A stretch of DNA of 64,000 bases. Origin: Anaeramoeba ignava BMAN (Eukaryota > Protista > Anaeramoebae). The stretch is taken from assembly GCA_028826165.1 (NCBI GenBank), contig JAPDFW010000033.1, forward strand, positions 434,001 to 498,000. Reading direction: 5' to 3'. Positions 27,238 through 41,044 of the stretch are shown here, in pieces. Under the pieces are notes generated by a model that made no database searches, was not told where the DNA came from, and saw nothing but the letters and a program-made list of their open reading frames with translations. Positions within the stretch are counted from its first letter, which is position 1. Each line of letters starts with the position of its first letter. The position numbers were made by a program, and so were the translations under genes.

Positions 27238-29890
27238 ATGTTTCTTGTTAATTTTTTCAGAGACTATTTCATACTAATGTTTTTAATTCTAATTTTTTTC
27301 CTTTCGTTTTATTCACCATCATTTCAAACAAGAAACTCAATCAAGCAATCAAACAAATACAAAAATGACAACTACGAAATTACAAACGCAACCGACGGAA
27401 TATTTTGGTTTGTTCAAGTAACAGACACGCATTTAAGCAAATTCAAGGAAGAAAGAGAGCAAAATTTTGAGAGATTATTAGGGCATTTTGTGGAAATAAT
27501 CAATCCAAAAATAGTAATTCATAGTGGTGATATAACTGATGGATTATCAACAGATTCTATTGGATTGAAAAGCAGTCCGCAGAAGCAAGAATGGACCGAT
27601 TACCAAGATATTCTCACTTCGCATTCGATGTTTAACCACACCTTTTGGGTCGATGTTGTTGGAAATCATGATTGGTCTGGTGTCAAAAATTTGGATTCAA
27701 ATGACGACTATTTTTTCAGTTATTCTCCAACTGGTGATTATCTCTCGCAAACACAAAGAGAAAAGAGTTTTCGGTTATAATCTCACGTTCGATTTCGGTC
27801 AGTACGCGTTTATTGCGGTTAATTTCCCTAAATTCTTGGTCACTTTGCCTCTTGGTTTTTTCGCAAATATGAAATCACAAATTATTGATGATATTGAGCA
27901 AGAATTGCAACTATTTGGAAATTCAAATCATACTGTTATTTTTAATCATTTCCCTTCGGCTTTTATTAACGGAATTTCCACAAAATCAACCAACGGGAAA
28001 AGCTTCAAGGATCTTTTAAAAGAGTACCAAGTTGGTTTCCACTTATGCGGTCATTTGCATTCACTCACAATGAAATCACGTCTTTTTCTGGAAGACAAAT
28101 ACAGTCTTTTGGAGCTGGAATCAGGCGATCTTAAAAATCACAAAGCATTCCGCATTTGTGTATTTGATAATGATTTGTTTTCTTTTTTGGATTTAACGCT
28201 TGATGATGATTTCCCGTTGATTTTGATCACAAATCCAAAGGATTATACCTATTTGAGCGAAACTGAACCAATAGACAGGATGAAGAGAAGCAAGTTTATT
28301 CATGTGATGATTTTTGTGCCTGACGAGGGGAATATCTCTTCAGTTTCCGCACAAATCGAAGGAAATTCACTTGGAAATTTAGTTCAAATCAACAACGAAT
28401 CAAGTGATATTTTTTACAATTCTTTTCGTAGTGAATACATGCATCCTCTGTGGGTTGCAGAATGGGATCCCTCTTTATATTTAGAAGACGAATACTCACT
28501 CCAAGTTGTTGTAAATTATCAAGGACAAAGCTATATCGAATTTATCACATTTACACTTGATGGTACACTTGGTGATATGGGAAATAATATCCTTCAAGTC
28601 GTGCAAAAAAATAATCTCCAGCACTTCTTGACTGGTTGGACTGTCTTCATCTATCTTTATACAGTCTTGATTCTTTTGTTATTCCCTAAAATTTTGGTTA
28701 AATTTCTCATTTCTAAAAAGAAATATGATAAATGGGAAATGAAAATGAAATTATTAATCAAAAAAAGTACTCAATCAAATCAATCAAATCAACCAAATTC
28801 TGAAATCCAAAATCTTACTAATTTTATCACTAGTAATGCTTATTATAATAATCCAAATGATATTGTTAATAACAACCAGAATAATAATAATGATAATGAA
28901 AATCAGTTAAGAAGTTCAGCTGAAAATCCTGTATCTGTATCAACTGATGGAAGTGAAGGAGTATCTGATGAAATAGATTTACGTGATATTCCTCATGTCA
29001 TTTCAAGAGATCAAATTTATGATCAAAATCTAAAGCGGAATCAAAATGAAAATCAAAATGAAAATCAAAATGAAAATCAAAATGAAAATCAAAATGAAAA
29101 TCAAAATGAAAATCAAAATGAAAATCAAAATGAAAATCAAAATGAAAATACAAATGAAAATACAAATGAAAATCAAAATGAAAATACAAATGAAAATACA
29201 AATGAAAATACAAATACAAATCAAGACTTAACTGATAATCCAAATCAAATTTTAAATCAAAATCGAAATCAAAATGAAAATCAAAATCAAAATCAAAATC
29301 AAAATCGAAATGAAATTGATTATTTATTCCAATCTTCTATTGAACAAACAAATCAACAAGAACAACAAAACTTAGAAGAAAAAACAAAAACTACATGGAA
29401 AAATTTTATGTGGCATTTCTTAGAAATAAACGTTTACAGATATTCACAAATACCAAAAAAAATGTGGTGGATATTGTTTATAATGGTTATTATTCTTCCA
29501 ATATTTCCATTAGGAATTGTTCCATTTAACGGAAGATGGGGAGCATTATTTTTATGGGGAGTTTTTGTTGATAATACTTATATCAACTCAGTTGAAGTGT
29601 TGATTTTATGCCTTCTCTATTTGTTATTAGTGTTTATACCCACACTTCATTTTATTACACTTAAATCAGTTTACCCGCCAAAAGAGAATTCCACTTGTTT
29701 CAGTTTGTTTGCTTATCCAAGTACTTATCTTGTCATCATTTTATATCTCTTTTTCACATATATCTTGCTATTTCTCAGTATAGGTAGTTTTGGTGCTGCT
29801 GGTCCTTTACTTTCAATTCCTCTTTTTTGGGCTTTATTGGTTCATTTTGGATTATTCGTCTATTATTTGAAAGACAAAACTTATTTCTGA
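27238..29890 (+). CDS. TMEM62: TMEM62-like calcineurin-like metallophosphoesterase with C-terminal TM helices; frameshift near 27762
   Basis: Motifs IFWFVQVTDTHLS, IHSGDITDG, WVDVVGNHD, FNHFP, LCGHLH, LELESGDLK..AFRICVFDND, then several TM segments. Two overlapping ORFs join by a 1-nt shift. Confidence 0.85.
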
Positions 29891-29995
29891 TAAACAAACA
29901 AAAAAAATATGAAAAAATCAGTTTTTTTTTTTTAAAAAGAGTTCATTCATTGTAGAAATGAAATCATCAAAAATTTTGAAATAAAAAATTTCTTT

Positions 29996-31349
29996 CTATT
30001 TTCTTTTTTGATATTCTCGAATAGTTATAATTCGATTTTGAATTTGTAATTTTTTTGCTTCAATTGCTTTTTTTGCATCTAAAGGAGATGAAAATGTTAT
30101 AAAAGCAAATTTTTTATAACGAGGTTTTTTGATAATAGACACTGAACCAAATACATTAAAAATTTGTTCAATTTCTGAATTAGTAGAGGTTGGATCTAAT
30201 CCTCCAACCCATATTGTATTTTTTTCATTATCTAAAATATTTTCATTTTTTTGATTTTTTTTTGAATCTTGAATTGAATCTTTTTTATTTGATTCTTTAA
30301 TTGATTCTTTTTGATTTGATTTTTGATTTGATTCTTTTTTAATTGAATCTTTTTGAATTGATTCTTTTTGATTTGATTCTTTTTGAATTGATTCTTTTTT
30401 ATTTGAATCTTTTGATTTGATTTTTTTTGATTTGATTTTTGATTTGATTCTTTTTGATTTGATTTTTTTTGATTTGATTTTTGATTTGATTTTTGATTTG
30501 ATTCTTTTTGATTTGATTTTTGATTTGATTCTTTTTGATTTGATTTTTGATTTGATTTTTGATTTGATTCTTTTTGATTTGATTCTTTTTGATTTGATTT
30601 TTGATTTGATTCTGGATTTGATTCTTTTTTATTTGATTTTTGAGTTGATTTTTTATTTGATTTTTTATTTGATTTTTGATTTGATTTTCGATTTGATTCT
30701 TTTTGATTTGATTTTCGATTTGATTTTTGGGTTGATTCTTGATTTGATTCTTTTTTATTTGATTTTGGAGTTGATTTTTGGGTTGGTTCTTGATTTGAAT
30801 TTGGAGTTGAATTTGGAGTTGATTTTGGGTTTTTTGTAAAATTAATTCTTTTTATTGAATCTTCATCAAGAGTTCTAAATAAAAGATTATTTAAATTAAC
30901 ATAATCTGTTAATAAAGTTAAAATATCCATTTGAATAATTAATTGTTGATCTTGATTTTGTTCTGATTCGGAAACAAACAAAACTCTTGTAAATTTTCTT
31001 TGTTTATTAGATTTTAAATTAACAACACCAATAATATTTATTAAATATTTATTATTAGAAATTTCTTGATATGATTGATCAACGATATCAATTTTAGAAT
31101 TGCTTAAAGGAGGAAGATTTTTTGAAATATCCTTTTAAAAGTAAATTTTAAATTTTTAATTGGATTTTTTATTGAATTTTTTAATTTTACTTCAAATGTT
31201 AAATTTCGAATTATTGAACCTTCTTTTATAAATGTTAATTTTGCTTTTGAATCATAAAATTCTTTTAAATTTTTTGGAGTTTTGCTTAAAGTTTGAAAAT
31301 AAATTTTTATAAACTGTGTTATTTTTTTATTTGATATAAAATTTATCAT
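29996..31349 (-). CDS. NTF2-like + RRM protein (G3BP/Bre5-like); intron ~31190-31132; frameshift near 30412
   Basis: NTF2 features FIKIYFQTL...LKEFY...RKFTRVFV...IIQMDIL. C-terminal RRM TIWVGGLDP...FNVFGSV...KFAFITFSSPLDAKKAIE. Linker of SNQK repeats. Confidence 0.75.
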
Positions 31350-31524
31350 TATTAATTAAATGAAAAAATGAAAAAATGAAAAATGAAAAATGAAAAAAAA
31401 TTTTTTAATTTTTTGAAAAAGAAAAATAAAAAGAAAATTCAAAAATAAAAAGAAGAAAGAAGTAAATGAAGAGTTAATGAAAAAAAAAAAAAGAATTAAT
31501 CTAAAAAAAATAATTTCTTTGGTA

Positions 31525-31905
31525 TTGTTTTTAAATTTCTTTTTAAATTTCTTTTTAAATTTCTTTTTAAATTTGTTTTTAAATTTCTTTTTAGATTTGT
31601 TTTTAAATTTATTTTTAAATTTCTTTTTAAATTTCTTTTTAAATTTGTTTTTAAATTTCTTTTTAGATTTGTTTTTAAATTTATTTTTAAATTTGTTTTT
31701 AAATTTGTTTTTAAATTTGTTTTTAAATTTGTTTTTAAATTTGTTTTTAAATTTGTTTTTAAATTTCTTTTTAAATTTATTTTTAAATTTCTTTTTAAAT
31801 TTGTTTTTAAATTTGTTTTTAAATTTGTTTTTAAATTTGTTTTTAAATTTGTTTTTAAATTTGTTTTTAAATTTCTTTTTAAATTTGTTTTAAATTTATT
31901 TTTAA
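31525..31905. repeat. Intergenic 12-bp microsatellite (TTTTTAAATTTG/C)n
   Basis: Directly visible; it generates spurious LNLF/KTNL ORFs. Confidence 0.95.
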
Positions 31906-31926
31906 ATCTCTCTTTTGAAATTAAGT

Positions 31927-34617
31927 CTACCATTTATCAATTTTCATTGTTCCATTTTTATCTAAATTATCAACCATTTTATAAACCTTCTGCAATAAAT
32001 GAGGTTCATGAGCAGCTTTTTTTGCCAAACAATAATTAGTAGCTTGATGAAGATAATCTTTTAGAATAGGTTTATAGTCAGGATGAGCACAATTATTGAT
32101 GATTTCAAGAGCGCGTTTTTTTGGGGACAAACCTCTAAGATCAGCCAAACCTTGTTCAGTAACAATAACATCAAGATCATGTTCTGTATGATCGACATGA
32201 GTGACTTTAGGAACAACACAAGTGATTCCAGTGGGGTCCTTTTTGGTGGGTCTTGATGAAGGACAGTGCATAATTGAGATATAACAATTTCGGAGGAAGT
32301 CGTTGCTCCCTCCAAGACCATTGATCATTCGGGTGCCGCCCACTAATGTGGAGTTAGCATGACCATACATGTCGATTTCTACGGGTGTGTTCATTCCAAC
32401 AACTCCCAATCTTCGTATCATTTCGGCATTGTTTGTGATCTGTTGAGGTCTTAAACAAATTTTTTTTGAATATTCTTGGAATTTTGAGTGGAATCTTTCC
32501 ACACCCTTTTCACTTAGAGAAAGAGACGTTGCTGATGCAAAGTTCAGTTTTCCGCTATCGAAGAAATCCAGCATTGTATCCTGAAGAACTTCTGTCCAAA
32601 CATCGACATTAGTGAATTTTCCTTTTGCCAAACCGCCGACAACTGCGTTGGCAATATTTCCTACTCCGGACTGAAGAGGAAGTAAATTTCGTGGCATTCT
32701 TCCTGCCTTCACTTCCATCTCAAAGAAATCAAGAATGTTATCTGCTATTTTTTCAGATAGTGCGTCAGGATCAGAAAGTGCTCTTCCTTTATCACTTTTT
32801 TTTGATTCTACAATGGCTACAATTTTGTCGCTGTCGACAGGGATGTGAATTGTCCCGATTCGGTCGTCTACTCTGGAGATTAAATATGGTCTTCGGAATG
32901 GTGGTTTTTCATCTCTAACGATATCATGTAATCCTTTATATGAAGGAATTGTTGTATTGACTTCAATAATAAGTTTCTAAAAAATTAAAAATTAATTTTA
33001 AAAATAAAATTAAAAATATTTTTAATCTTGTTTTGCTTATAAAGTTACATCAGCAATTTGACAAATTTCTTCTGCTACTCCAACTGATCCAGCAAGAACT
33101 AATCCTCCATCTTCAAGAATTTCTGTAACTTCAATTATTCCAATATCTAATTTTCCTCCTTTGTTTTTAGTAAAAAATCCAAATAATAAATTTGAAGCAA
33201 AATTGCAAAGATGAAGATCTCCCTTTTAATTTTGATTTTAAATTTGATTTTGATTTTGATTTTGATTTTTAATTTTAATTTTGATTTTGATTTTGATTTT
33301 GATTCCGCTTTAGATTTTAATTTTAATTTTAATTTTAATTTTAATTTTGATTTTGATTTTAAATTTGATTTTAATTTTAATTTTTAATTTTGATTTTGAT
33401 TTTAATTTTAATTTTAATTTTAATTTTAATTTTAATTTTAATTTTAATTTTGATTTTAATTTTGATTTTTATTTTTGAATTTGATTTTGATTTTAATTTT
33501 TAATTTTGATTTTTATTTTTGAATTTGATTTTGATTTTAATTTTTAATTTTGATTTTAATTTTTAATTTTAATTTTTAATTTTGATTTTAATTTTAGTTT
33601 TAATTTTGATTTTAATTTTAATTTTGATTTTAATTTTAATTTTTAATTTTGATTTTAATTTTAATTTTAATTTTGATTTTAATTTTAATTTTAATTTTAA
33701 TTTTAAATTTGATTTTGATTTTAATTTTAAGTATAAATACCATATCAATTTCTCCTGTATTAATACCATGTGCAATATTCTTTCCTGTTTGATAAGGCCA
33801 TCTTCTATTAATCATTTTTAATTTTGCCCAACGATCTTCAGTTTCTGCACCAACTGAAGCACCAATAAAAAGATCAAATTTCATCTAAATTAAATTAAAT
33901 TAAATTGTAATTAAATTAAATTAAATTAAATTAAATTAAATTAAATTAAATTAAATTAAATTAAATTAAATTAAATTAAATTAAATTAAATTAAATTGGA
34001 TTTAAATTGTAATTAAATTAAATTGGATTTAAATTAAATTAAAATTAAATTAAATTGGATTTAAATTGAATTAAATTAAATTGTAATTAAATTAAATTAA
34101 ATTAAATTAAATTGAAATTAAATTAAATTAAATTAAATTAAAAGATTATTTTACTTTCTTTCCAGTTCTTTCAACATAATCAGCAAGTGCAACTGGAACT
34201 TCTTTTGGATAACCAACTGGTGTAAATCTAATTTAAAAAAAAACCAAATTATAAAATTAAAAAAAAACCAAATTATAAAATTAAAAAAAAATCAAATTAT
34301 AAAATTAAAAAAAACCAAATTATAAAATTAAAAAAAAATCAAATTATAAAATTAAAAAAAAATCAAATTATAAAATTAAAAAAAAACCAAATTATAAAAT
34401 TAAAAAAACCAAATTATAAAATTAAAAAAACCAAAAAAAATTTTTTTTGATTTGATTCTTTTTTTTATTTATTTATTTACCCAGACCAACCAAGTGATTG
34501 TCCATCTTGAAAGAATTTTAATGTATCTTGAACAGAACAAACTTTTGAAAGTAAACTTTTTTTTGCAATTCTTGAAGTTAAAGAATCAGAAGAAACTGTT
34601 GAATGTGAAATTGACAT
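31927..34617 (-). CDS. ACH1: Acetate:succinate CoA-transferase / acetyl-CoA hydrolase (Ach1, ASCT subtype 1C-like), 5 exons
   Basis: The spliced product has LGWSG|[74 protein letters not shown] and [26 protein letters not shown]. Confidence 0.93.
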
Positions 34618-34904
34618 TAATAAAAAGAAAAATGAAAAATGAAAAAAAACTTTTTAATTAATTTTTTTTATTTATTTTTTGATGAGAAGTAAAAATGAGT
34701 CAATTTTTTGAAAAATGAGAAAAAAAAAATAAATTTTTCTCTTTTCTTCTTTTTAATTTTGTTCCACTTTTTTGAATTTAGATTTTAATTTAGATTTTAT
34801 TTTTATTTTTAATTTTAATTTGATTTTGTTTTTGTTGTTGTTTTTATTTGTTGAATTTAAATTTGATTTTGAAAGAATTTCAAAAAAAAAAAATTAAAAG
34901 AAAA

Positions 34905-37675
34905 TTAATCAGTTCTTCTCGTTTTTAACTGATCAAGAAATTTGTCTTTTTGAGCAGAAGTTTCAAAAGAAATCAAATCATCAAAACCATGACATCTTAA
35001 ATGAATGATATTACTAAATTTTGGATGAGCATAAGTTTTAAGTTGATTTTTAGAATAAGAAGAAACAATCTTTTTAGATCCATCAATCAAAAGCTCAAGT
35101 TGATTTTGAGTAAACTCAATTCGAACACGCGAAGAATTTTGAAGTTGTTTATCAACAACATCCAAATTAAAAACAAGTGGATCAGTTTCTTGTTGAGGAT
35201 TTTTTCTAAGTTCGCGTTTTGCTTGTCTAAATAACTTATTGAATTGAGTATGTTCGTTTTCGGATTCAAATGTGACGATTTGACTCTTATTTTTGAACGT
35301 GATTTTCATAAATTCTTTCTTTTTAGGATGTAAAGAAATTTTCATTTCGGAAATATTTTGCAAAAGATCTTCATTTTTCGTTTGCAGTTCAACTTGAGAA
35401 GCATTTATATTAAGTAAACCCTGACCAATATTCTCCAACTTTGAATTGTAGATGCTAACGGAAAATTGACTGGAGGATATTTGTGTTGTTGTTTTGTTCT
35501 GTGTTGGAACGTTAGTGTGTGGATTCTTGATATTTGCACTAGGATTTGCCTTCTTTTTCCTCATAAACGATAGTGCTTGAATATGGTCGGAATCGTTCAT
35601 AAAAGAGACAATCACACCTTGCAGATCCGGAAAGGTGAATTTAGTCACAAGTGGGTTTTGAGGATGATGAGAAATTTTGATTTTGCTCACATCACCTGAT
35701 TTTGCTCCGAAATCTTGTGCAAAAATAGAAACAATCTTGTCCCGAAACACCAACCGTGCATATTCCAATATTTCGTATTCATTGCTTAGAAGCTGGATGC
35801 GAAATTCGGTGCTAGTTTTTTCATCGTCTGGAGCTGTGTTTCTTGACTCTCCATAATCAGTTTCAAGTTCACTTTGCAAAACAATTTTTGGATCGTGGAT
35901 TCTTGATTTTGGAGAGTCTTCTAGATCTTGATTTTCCTGAATATATTGATCGGGTCCACTGTCTACTCCACTTGATTGTGTAACAAATCTGTCTGAGAGA
36001 TTTTCTGGATCGCTTTCAATTTCGCTATCAAGAACGACTTGATTTTGATTTTGATTTTGATTTTGATTTCGATTTTGGTTTTGATTTTGATATTCATTTT
36101 TTTCATGTTCTTGTTCAAGCCTTTCTTGCTCTTCTTCTTCTTTAATTCTTGCCAGTCTTTCTTGTTCTTCTTTTAGTCTTTCTTGTTCTTTTCTTATTTT
36201 TTCTTTTTCTGCCTTTATTCTTTCTTGTTCTTCTTTTATTCTTTCTTTCTCTTCTTTTCTTCTTTCTCTTTCTTCAACTTTTGCTTGATCAAAATGTATT
36301 TTTCGAATGTTATTGTAACTTTTCAGAAATTTGTGTGCTTCAAATTCGTTGTGAAATTGAGCTAGAAATTCTGAATACTTGGTTTGGATTTTAATCACTG
36401 TTTTTGAATTCATATCATAAAGTATTCTCAGATACATATTATATCTTGATCTATGAGTTTTTTTCGGCAATTTAATCTGGAGTTCATTGATTTGAAGCTC
36501 CAAAATTCCTTTGGATGCAGTTTTTTCTTGATCAATAACATGAACTCGGAAATTGCTTTGATTTTCTTGTAAATTATCATCTCCAATATCGAATAATTTA
36601 AGAGAGATTTGCGGATATAAAATTGGATGCTTCTTTTTGGGATATTTTCTTTTTTTACGTTTTTTGGTTTCCTTTTCTTTTGGATTTTTTTGTCTTGTTT
36701 TTTGGTTTTGCTTTTGGTTTTCATTTTGATCTTCAAGTTCAATTTCATCTTGACTTTCATTTTGATTTCCATCTTGATATTTATACTCATTTTTGTCTTG
36801 ATATTTATACTCATTTTTATCTTGATATTTATATTCATTTTTGTCTTGATATTTATATTCATTTTTTTCTTCATTTTGATTTGCATTTTTATCTTGATAT
36901 TTATATTCATTTTTTTCTTCATTTTGATTTGCATCTGAATCATTTTGATTTTCATCTACAGTTTCAAAACTTGAAGTTGTTAAATCTGGTTCTTTCAGTT
37001 TACTTTTATCATCCAAATTTTTAATATCATTTTGAACCTTTTTTAAAATTAAATAAAATTGTTCTTCATCTTCTTCAACAAATTGAACTGTAAATTGCTT
37101 TCCTGATGGAAAATTAAATCTCACAAGATATTTTTTTGTCGGATTAACTGAAACTTTTAATTGTTGATCACAAAGTGATGTTTCTTTTTGTGACATCGTT
37201 TCAACTGTTAAATAGTAATCTTGAATAATTACACTTCCAAAATTAGTTGCGTTGAATTGATCATCTAAAATTTTCACTTGAAATTTTTTGTTGATTTTTT
37301 TGTCTGATTTTTCTATTATTTTTTTTAATTCTGAAAGAAGTGTTGGAATATTTTTTTTGCCTTTTATTCCAAGATTTTTTTTAGAAACCCCAAGTTTTTT
37401 ACAAATTTCAAGAAAAGTTTTTTTATTTTCTTTTAAGGATTTACTTTTTTTTTGTTTTTAAGAATAAAAAAAAAATTTTTTTAATTTTAATTTTATAAAT
37501 GAATTTTAATTTTAATTTAATTTTTCTACTTGATTTGTATATTATCTTCAGGTGAAAATACTTTTGCTGCTTTGCATAAATTTTCCCATATCAAATTTTC
37601 TTTCATCTTAAGAGAAATTTTATCTGGAACAAATCCTGAAATCCATTCAAAAACTTCATCATCTTTTTGAGACAT
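34905..37675 (-). CDS. Protein with degenerate N-terminal calponin-homology-like segment and five PH-like beta-domain repeats; intron near 37528-37444
   Basis: MSQKDDEVFEWISGF...WENLCKAAKVFSP...FLEICKKLGV is CH-like. Five ~80-aa units follow the pattern F-x-V-x-I-L-D...L-x-I...K-I-S-x-HP...F-E/N-x-E-x-E-x-x-x-F. Confidence 0.55.
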
Positions 37676-37800
37676 TTTTTAAAAAAAAAAAACTAGAAAG
37701 AAAAAAGAAATGAAAAAAATGAAAAAAAATGAAAAAAAATGAAAAATGAAAAAAATTTTCATTTTTTTTTTAGTTATTTTTGTTTTGAATTTCTTTAAAA

Positions 37801-40800
37801 ATGATCTTTTCAAGATATCAAAATTATTATAATTTTTTTCGAAGAAAAGAAAATATTGTTTTATTATTTTTTATAATCGTATCAGTTTTTTATGGATCAT
37901 ACGAAATTTATTTATCAGCAAATAAGGATATACAAGATAGATTAAATCAACTTTTTATGCTTTTTTTGAAAAGCGCAATTTCATTTGTAATTGCGTTTGC
38001 TTGCATTTTGAAACTTAAAATATCAAAAATAATCAAAATTCCATTAATTATGATTCTTATTGGCGAAATGATTTTTTTGTTTCAATCAGACAAAGGAAGT
38101 AGTAATAAAAATATTTCAAGAGCATATACAAAGTGGATTTTCCTCTTTGTTTTTTTGTTGATGGTTTTTGGTTTGGTTGTTGTTCATTTTTGCATCAAAT
38201 TCAGAGTTTTTCATATACTTGCAATTCACTCAAAAAAAATCATTAAATACTCACTAGTTATCATTTTATTGATTTTCTTGTTTTCATGGTTATATATCAA
38301 AAATGCTCAGAAAAATTGGAAACTGGGCTTATTTGGTGAAGAATTTGATCCAAATACAGGTGATGGCTATCCTCCTCTTAATGCCATCCCTTGGTTTTCA
38401 CTTTTTCCTTCAAGATTCTTCAATTTCTTTATGGGTTCAAATGATTGTCCAAAAATGAAACAGTTTAGCAAAATTGAAAATAATGTTTTGGAATTCTTTG
38501 ATTGTTCTTCGGATAAGGATCCTGTTGTTGATTTGGATCCTGATTTGATTTCTGAAAAAAAACCTAGTTTCATATATGGAAATTGTCTTAATAAATTTCA
38601 TTTGGATCCAAAACATATTTCTTATACTCATCCAATAAATGTTTCTAATCAAACTAATATTCGTGCTTTTTGTGGAAAGGATGAGAATTATTTTATTAAA
38701 TTTGCTTATGATCATTTCCTTCATAAAAGTGCTCTTGATTATTCAGAAAATTTTGGAAAACCAAAAGTTAATGTTGATATTTTTTTAATAGATGGGATTT
38801 CTAGACAACATTTTATGAGAAGATTAAAAAAAAGTGTAATAGCTCTTGAAAATCTTGCAAACAATGGATATTCAGTGTTTCAATTTTGGAGGTGATTTAT
38901 AATATTAATATTTATAATATTTATATTTATAATATTTATATTTATAATATTTATATTTATAATATTTATAATATTTATATTTATATTATTTATATTTATA
39001 ATATTTATAATATTTATATTTATAATATTTATATTTATATTTATTATTTATATTATTTATATTTATTATATTTATATTTATATTTATATTTATATTTATA
39101 TTTATAATATTTATATTTATAATATTTATAATATTTATATTTATAATATTTATATTTATATTTTTTCTAAATAGATATTCTTGTATTGGCTTTAATACTT
39201 TCCCAGTAATTTTTCAAGAAAAAAATAGAACAAAATTTAATTAAAACTTTTTTAACAAAATATAAAATACAAAATCCAATAGAATTTGACACCAATGATG
39301 TTAGGTAAATTAAATAAATATTTTACTTTACTTGAATATTAAATTTTAATATTAAATTTAGGAGTTGAACCATTTAATAGATTTACGACTAAACAAAAAA
39401 CAATTCCAAAACCACAAGATGTTAATCCTTTTTGGGATTATTATCCAGATGGTTATATAAAGACTTGGTGTATGGCTGCTTGTGATAATTTTTTCGATGT
39501 TAATTGGCCAATTATTGGAGGTTGTCCTTTTGATCAACATTTTGCAAAAGAATTTTGTCATCCTGATTATGAACCTGGTTTTTGGACTAATTTTATTGGT
39601 CCAATGTCTATTAGAAGAAGGTAAATAAAAAAGGAATTTGTTTTTGATTTTGTTCCACTTTCTGTTTATTTAAATTTTTATTTTTATTTTTATTTTTATT
39701 TTTATTTTTATTTTTATTTTTATTTTTAAAGGTGTATGGCTGGAAAATATGTTCATAAATATGCATTTGATATAGCTGAACAATTTCGTGAAGTTTATCC
39801 TGATGTTGGTCGTTTATTATATGTTCATTTAATGGAAGGTGAATTATTTAAATATTGATTTAAATATTTATTTTGATTTAAATATTTATTTTGATTTAAA
39901 TATTGATTTTGATTTAAATATTAATTTAAATATTGATTTTGATTTAAATATTGATTTTGATTTAAATATTGATTTTGATTTAAATATATTTTGATTTTAA
40001 ATGATTGATTTTTTTGATTTAAATATTTACATCTTTGATTTAAATATTTAAATATTTATTGATTTTTTGATTTATAATATTGATTTTGATTTAAATATTG
40101 ATTTTTTGATTTAAATTTTGATTTAAATATTGATTTTTTGATTTTAAATTATTTTTGATTTAAATATTGATATTTAAATATTGATTTTGATTTTAAATAT
40201 TTTATTTGGATTTAAATATTGATTTTGATTTAAATATTTATTTTGATTTAAATATTGATTTTGATTTAAATATTTATTTTGATTTAAATATTGATTTTGA
40301 TTTAAATATTTATTTTGATTTGGATTTAAATATTGATTTTGATTTAAATATTGATTTTGATTTAAATATTGATTTTGATTTAAATATTGATTTTGATTTA
40401 AATATTTATTTGGATTTGGATTTAAATATTGATTTTGATTTTTGATTTTAAAAATAGCTCATGAAACTTCATCTGAAGTCGTTTCTTTAATTGATCCAGA
40501 TTTATCAAATTATATCGAAAATTTTGAAAAAAATTCAAAAGATACAATCCTTTTTATTCTTGCAGATCATGGAAATGGGATGTCACCACTTAGTTATACA
40601 ATATCTGGATTTGTAGAATCTCGTAATCCAGTTTTTTTTCTTGTTATTCCAAATAAAATTTTAGATGAAAATCCAGAAGTGAAACAAAACTTAATTGAAA
40701 ATCAACAAAGGATAATTTCTGCTTATGATATTTATTTAACTTTGAAACATATTCCTATTGGAATTTCATCTTATCTTGAAAGAGATCCAAGAGATCCAAA

Positions 40801-40915
40801 AAAAGCAATGAGTTTATTTGAAAAAATTCCAAAAAGATCTTGTGAAGAAGCAGATATTTCTCCAGAATATTGTGTTTTTCCAAAAGATGGAAAAGTAAAA
40901 GTTTCTGAAATTTAA
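37801..40915 (+). CDS. DUF229 / alkaline-phosphatase-superfamily membrane protein, 6 exons including 31-nt (39175-39205) and 22-nt (39283-39304) microexons
   Basis: Motifs NVDIFLIDGISRQHFMRRL, spliced RYSCIGFNTFP|NLTPMML, FILADHG, VESRNP, LIENQQRIISAYDIYLTL, RSCEEADISPEYC. Several N-terminal TM helices. Confidence 0.82.
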
Positions 40916-41044
40916 AATAAATAAAAATGAATTAAATAAAATTTTTTTATTAGAAAGAAATTTTCAGTTTTTTAAATTAAAAATAAGAATAAAAATAAGA
41001 ATAAAAATAATCAAAATATTATTTTTTTTTGTTTTTTGTTTTTG

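Noticed and set aside
8933-31349. Functional cluster of stress-granule genes (Ded1 and G3BP-like)
   Set aside because: They are separated by unrelated genes, with no evidence beyond chance proximity in a gene-dense genome.
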